DNA from: Haliotis cracherodii
Lineage: Eukaryota
DNA length: 64,000 nucleotides
NCBI RefSeq assembly: GCF_022045235.1
Contig: NW_027266272.1
Coordinates: 23,312,001-23,376,000 of the forward strand
Reading direction: 5' to 3'
In this document: in pieces, positions 61,611 to 64,000 of the stretch
Layout: every line of letters begins with the position of its first letter
How positions within the stretch are numbered: position 1 is the first letter of the stretch
Translations under genes and position numbers: made by a program
Notes under the pieces: model-generated
Told to the model about the DNA's origin: nothing
Databases searched by the model: none
Seen by the model: only the letters and a program-made list of their open reading frames with translations

Positions 61611-64000
61611 AAACCTGGCCAGAAATGTTCAGTGTATAAATGTCAGTCTGAAACATGAAACAAATCTACAACTTAGGTCCAAATTAATTTGTCACTAATT
61701 AATATGTGGAGCCAAAACTGTCATTCTACAAATGAGGAGTGAGATATGATCAAGCTCATCTCAGATTCTACAACATTCAACAGGGAAAAGTAATTTCCCC
61801 TGGACATGAAACAGTCAAAGAGACCTTTAGAATCTTGATCTCTTGGTTATATCTGACATTGTCTAGTTTGCATGACCGTTAATGATACTGACTGCGTGTA
61901 GAGGATTAGACCGGACTCTCTAGTCTACAGCTGACTGCTGTACTGGTCAGATGATTGAAAGAAGACTATTATAGGGCAGGGACAATTGTTAGGACTAAAC
62001 CTTAGTCTCTGAAAATATATATTTTTGATAGAAACAAACAACTCCATTAAAGCTTAAAGGAGCCCCAGTGGGATGGGAGAGACCCTGTGGATAATCTAGA
62101 CTTGCTTCATTTAGAGCTACAGCTTTACAGTTGGGGCTGGGGGAGGGGGGGGAGGGAAAGTATAGTTCAGGGGCTGAGACAGACAAGGACATGTTGAGGA
62201 TGTAGGCATGGTGACTTGATACAAAGTTTCCTGTTGACCAGCCTGTGCCCATCGGTGATGTGGCTGTTATTGGTGGAAGCAACCCAGACTTGTGACTGCC
62301 TTGGATTCATGCTCCCTTGTTCCCTGAACATGCTTGACCATGTTATCATCTATTGGCTTGTCATGGATAGCGTATCAATGTGATAAACCACCCCGATAAA
62401 CTTGGTATCATCATCTATTGAATAAATATGCAAATGAGGTCTCTCAAATATACAGGAACTAGTTTTAAGCTCCAAACATCGATGCCATTTCTGCTTGATC
62501 AATAACCACTGGCTAATGTTCCCAGTAAGTTTAGATTGGGATTTCCCCCATGTGTGGGTCACGTGTTTCCAAGACAAACATGGCTGCAAATTACTTGACA
62601 AGGTTTGATAAATGGCATGGTTCACTGGGGCATTGTTTTCATGCATGGTTCCTAAAGTTACTTCTTTGAAAGAAATTACGACCCAACCATCAGTTGTCAA
62701 TATGACTTAAACATTTCGTCAAATTGGCTCAAAATAGGAAATGCCATCAGGCTACTAGAATTAGGGGTACATGTACCTCCATTCTTTGACTGACCTCATT
62801 TGAAACAGTGCTCATTAACTCAGTTACCATGCCACAAGATGATGGGGTTATTCTGAGCTGTATGAAGTTTGTGTAATGTCAGTCAGTGAAGTTGAGTATC
62901 ATACACATGAACAAGATGAAATTTGCAATATTTAGTCTCCTCATTCTATGCATATAGTTATTTTTGGTATCGATACATAGTGTGTAAATCTTGTCACTTG
63001 TTCAGAGACGGCTGCAAGATTTCTCATATAGTTTAGTGCAATGCTCACTCACTCTCACAGGGACACTGAGTGGAGCACTCAGCTCGTCTCCTTTCAATAG
63101 GGCCAGCAGAGGCAGTATACATATTGAAACTAGTTTTGTTCACATGGCTGTCACATGACTGTCACATGACTGTCACATGACACAGCCTGGCAACAGTCAT
63201 AAATGTTATATAACAGTTCAAATATAGCCATTTGCTTTTGACTTCAAATGAAAGTACATTCTCATTTCTCAAATTTCTTTAAGCACAGAATAATTTATCT
63301 TCAATAAAATGGCCGTAGTTATGAACTATAGAGCCCTATCTTTCAATGATACAAAAAAATGGTTCTCATATTTCTGTGGATATTTAAATAGACATATCTG
63401 ATTAACCCAATAAAAAATTGAGCAGTGTATATTCTGTGGGAATTTATGCAACATCATTGCTCCATTGCTGCTCCATTGCTGCTTCATTGCTGCCCCATTG
63501 CTGCTCCATTGCTGCCCAAGGTACTGTGTAGGAGTAAGTGGAGTGCATGTGAATCTTGAGACTGAACCCACTGCTGTCTCACTGTAGTCTCTGAAGTCGC
63601 TGTAGTCGCTGTAGTCGCTGTCATCATCACTGCAATCATCGCTGCTTGCTTGCCATCATCAAAGGGAGCATAGGGGATAGCCTACTAAACCTTTACTAAT
63701 GATTGGCAGAAATTACAGTTGAGCTGGGTACTGCTGCATCACTTGTGGAAGCACCTTATATTGCCCCCGGCTCACGAGCCAAGTGTATGGTGTGTGCATC
63801 TTGGGGAGCAATCTGCCCTCAATGGCAGGAAGTGTTGTGGAAGTGAGGACTGCGATAGGTAGTCACGTAAAATACTTTCACACAGATGAATAACTCGATG
63901 TAGAAATGCTGTCGGCAGTTAGAGTTGTCTTGGGCTCATTAGTTTGCTGCTTGGACAGAATTATCGTCTTACGTATGGTCGAGTGTCCACGACGGGATGC

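Noticed and set aside
61995-62700. Minus-strand ORFs with DDDTKF (RT-like)
   Set aside because: Too little motif support to call

Overview
Eukaryotic, repeat-rich animal DNA. The SINE repertoire suggests a marine gastropod, most likely abalone (Haliotis); this is inference. It is not prokaryotic and holds no CRISPR array. Almost all ORFs in the supplied track are artefacts of tandem repeats or SINEs. Real genes I could reconstruct by hand: (1) a complete 3-exon, 288-aa calmodulin-like four-EF-hand protein with a long acidic repetitive tail (minus strand, 9868-7009); (2) the first exon of a probable tandem EF-hand paralogue (minus, 4496-4443); (3) the signal-peptide first exon of a secreted or membrane protein (plus, 31441-31531), followed by an apparently >32-kb, CpG-decayed first intron. 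The rest is four SINE families that share one LINE-like 3' tail, hAT/Harbinger/Academ-type MITEs, Penelope-like remnants with decayed hammerhead cores, and many mini- and microsatellites. Best leads: a non-tRNA SINE whose precisely defined 5' end is a pseudoknot-like RNA domain with apparent compensatory changes (ribozyme candidate), amplified to about 18 copies inside the EF-hand gene and antisense to another copy across exon 2; a tRNA-headed element with Penelope-type tandem-plus-inverted ends; and a cluster of 8 perfect CRE palindromes about 2 kb upstream of gene 3.
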